Assembly (NCBI GenBank): GCA_027490055.1
Contig: JAIXYV010000052.1
Location: forward strand, 10,193-74,192
From: Bacteroidota bacterium
Lineage (GTDB): Bacteria; Bacteroidota; Bacteroidia; NS11-12g; UBA955
Direction: 5' to 3'
Length of the DNA stretch: 64,000 bases
Shown here: positions 63,490 through 64,000 of the stretch, piece by piece
Position numbering within the stretch: the stretch's first letter is position 1
Layout of the letters: every line of letters begins with the position of its first letter
Notes under the pieces: generated by a model
What the model was told of the DNA's origin: nothing
Seen by the model: only the letters and a program-made list of their open reading frames with translations
Database searches by the model: none
Made by a program: the position numbers and the translations under genes

Positions 63490-64000
63490 TAGAATACGCC
63501 TCTGAATTTTTGTGTGCTGGCTACCTTGTCAATCGCTACGATATAAGCTGCTGTACGCAAGCTTACATTGTGCTTCTTACCGTTATCAAACACTACATCA
63601 AACGCGCTCTTCATTACTCTGTCAGCTCTTCTGTTAACACGTTCTTCTGTCCAGAAATATCCCATTCTGTTTTGTACCCACTCGAAGTAGGATACTGTTA
63701 CACCACCTGCGTTAGCCAGAATGTCTGGAACTACAATGATGCCTTTGTCGTTAAGAATTTTGTCGGCGTTGGCACTAGTCGGACCGTTAGCACCTTCTAC
63801 GATCAATTTAGCTTTGATATTACCCGCATTGGCATCAGTGATCTGATCTTCCATAGCAGCAGGAACTAATATATCGCATGGTAACTCTAACAATTCGCTG
63901 TTGCTGATTTGTTTGCCACCTGTAAATCCGCCTAAGTTGCCATTGGCTTTTGAATAAGCCATAGCTTCTTCAACTTTAATTCCTTCCGGATTGTAGTATC
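63489..64000 (-). CDS. Glu/Leu/Phe/Val dehydrogenase family protein, C-terminal part (continues past window end)
   Basis: The frame is open upstream of the listed Met: my translation of 63963-64000 gives YYNPEGIKVEEA before MAYSKANG... The NAD(P)-domain motifs VPAAMEDQIT and IVEGANGPT are present. Confidence 0.85.
   Translation of the reverse strand, partial: YYNPEGIKVEEAMAYSKANGNLGGFTGGKQISNSELLELPCDILVPAAMEDQITDANAGNIKAKLIVEGANGPTSANADKILNDKGIIVVPDILANAGGVTVSYFEWVQNRMGYFWTEERVNRRADRVMKSAFDVVFDNGKKHNVSLRTAAYIVAIDKVASTQKFRGVF

Noticed and set aside
1-64000. Search for tRNA, rRNA or other structured RNA genes, mobile elements, CRISPR arrays and defence or toxin-antitoxin modules
   Set aside because: I found no T-loop-like GGTTCGAATCC motifs and no repeat-spacer arrays. 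I also found no transposase, integrase, reverse-transcriptase, nuclease-helicase or small paired toxin/antitoxin ORFs. All intergenic regions except two (14283-14714 and 46608-46890) are under about 150 nt.

Overview
This window reads as a dense, AT-rich chromosomal segment of a Bacteroidota genome. Three things point to that phylum: several proteins end in T9SS C-terminal sorting domains, there is an OmpA protein with thrombospondin-type-3 repeats, and many genes are preceded by the phylum-typical TAnnTTTG '-7' promoter box. I can support about 65 protein-coding genes. Most are housekeeping or cell-envelope functions: gmd/fcl, rpoN, asnS, mnmA, thiL, panB, secG, lptE-like, miaB, tilS, hflX, dut, psd, a GDH fragment, M23 and S41 peptidases, peroxiredoxins, and glycosyl- and nucleotidyl-transferases. 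I found no rRNA, tRNA, CRISPR array, transposase, integrase, phage gene or recognisable defence or toxin-antitoxin module, so this looks like a core region rather than an accessory island. I do not see a convincing new multi-gene system. The most concrete oddities are: (1) a single in-frame TGA splits a roughly 900-codon T9SS metzincin/PKD protein exactly where a paralogous repeat has Cys; (2) TAnnTTTG followed by 4-6 nt and then a start codon recurs at nine genes, implying many leaderless mRNAs; (3) an epimerase / GT2 / GT-C (ArnT/PMT-like) trio of unknown target; (4) a sensor-less sigma-54 activator sits inside the miaB-lptE-secG operon, with rpoN in the same window; (5) several unusual single-protein architectures, namely an AsnRS with a coiled-coil insert, an N-terminal OmpA-like domain protein, a His-less Rieske-like lipoprotein, and a Cys/Lys-rich small secreted protein. 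All family names come from reading the translations and from memory. No database search was run.
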